Origin: a virus
Taxonomy: Duplodnaviria; Caudoviricetes
IMG/VR virus record: IMGVR_UViG_3300001844_000164
Span: 1 to 54,565 of that record
Strand: one strand, 5' to 3'
Length of the DNA stretch: 54,565 nucleotides
Shown: in pieces, positions 53,933 through 54,565 of the stretch
Layout: each line of letters begins with the position of its first letter
How positions within the stretch are numbered: the stretch's first letter is position 1
Program-made: the position numbers and the translations under genes
The notes under the pieces: generated by a model
The model's input: the letters and a program-made list of their open reading frames with translations, nothing else
Told to the model about the DNA's origin: nothing
Databases searched by the model: none

Positions 53933-53964
53933 CCCTTGTGCGCTTCGCGCCAGGCTGGTACGTT
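53933..53964 (+). promoter_or_regulatory. Putative late promoter CCC-TTGTGC-N17-TACGTT
   Basis: Same motif, 12 nt before ATG53977. Confidence 0.6.
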
Positions 53965-53976
53965 GGGGCGTCCCGC

Positions 53977-54510
53977 ATGGCCAAGCCGAACATCTTCTCC
54001 GACGTTCACCTCAAGTTCATCCGTCATGCGTACATGCGGATGATGCTGCCGCCCTCCGAGGTCACGGCTCACCTCAACGCCAAGTACAAGACCGACTACG
54101 CAGTCACCCAGGTGCAGCGCGTCATCAACGGCCGCGGCTGGTCGAAGCGGCGCAAGGCCGTGGTCGAGAAGGCCGGCGAGATCGAGGAGAAGAAGGACTC
54201 GGCGATCGTGCGTGAGCTGGCCGGCGCGCACGCTCGAGTGATGGACAAGGTCGCCCAGGGCGCAGTCGATGGACTCGATCGTGCGGCCGCGTTCGTCCGC
54301 GAAGCGCGCGACGCCCGCTCGCTCAACGCTGCTGCCTCGGCGCTCAAGTCGCTCACCGCAACGTACCGCTGCGCTGCTGGTATCGACACTTCAACTACAG
54401 CCCGAGGCCCGAGCGTGTACCAGTTCAACTTCAGCGCGACGAACATCGACGAGGAGCCCAAGCGCGTGGTCGAGGTCGCCACGACCGAGGCGGATGAGGG
54501 CGACGACTGA
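53977..54510 (+). CDS. Putative terminase small subunit
   Basis: N-terminal HTH-like region ending in GWSKRR, helical oligomerisation segment, acidic tail; first gene of the late arm. Confidence 0.55.
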   Translation: MAKPNIFSDVHLKFIRHAYMRMMLPPSEVTAHLNAKYKTDYAVTQVQRVINGRGWSKRRKAVVEKAGEIEEKKDSAIVRELAGAHARVMDKVAQGAVDGLDRAAAFVREARDARSLNAAASALKSLTATYRCAAGIDTSTTARGPSVYQFNFSATNIDEEPKRVVEVATTEADEGDD

Positions 54511-54565
54511 CAGGTAGCTCGCACTCCGCCCGCCCCGCCCGATCCTCCCCGCTCTCGACCCCGCA

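Larger units (their letters stand above)
1..54565. mobile_element. Temperate tailed phage genome (podovirus-like virion genes), apparently near-complete
   Basis: Terminase, portal, capsid, nozzle/ejection proteins, PolA, primase-helicase, integrase/excisionase and lysozyme all present; no recognisable host housekeeping genes or tape-measure/tail-tube genes. Confidence 0.93.

Noticed and set aside
1-54565. tRNA/rRNA genes and direct terminal repeats
   Set aside because: No cloverleaf or T-loop pattern noticed by eye; the two ends share no evident repeat

Overview
The window looks like an essentially complete (~54.6 kb), high-GC temperate tailed-phage genome with a podovirus-like virion module; I see no host genes. 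The plus-strand late arm (53977-54510, wrapping to 177-39341) carries a TerS candidate, a fibre cluster with a 2413-aa Ser/Ala/Thr/Val repeat protein, TerL, portal, scaffold, major capsid, adaptor/nozzle, three ejection-type proteins (the last a 2968-aa polyvalent protein) and a second repeat-fibre cassette. The mostly minus-strand early arm (39371-52808) carries RHH-type regulators, DUF932, a plus-strand tyrosine integrase with attP-like repeats, an excisionase, primase-helicase, dATP/dGTP diphosphohydrolase, a PD-(D/E)XK endonuclease, family A DNA polymerase, a Cas4-like nuclease, an SF2 helicase and RuvC. A signal-peptide lysozyme and a mirror-symmetric iteron origin follow. Best candidates for undescribed biology: (1) two paralogous cassettes pairing a small ALYTSA...EVxGxxY beta protein with a ~20-aa-periodic repeat protein, the giant one carrying nine spaced LxxxDGxxL motifs, suggesting a templated and branched virion filament; (2) an injected polyprotein whose effector-like domains are separated by five x[YF][AS]PG linkers downstream of an HExxH peptidase. 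All product calls come from motif recognition by eye; no database searches were run.
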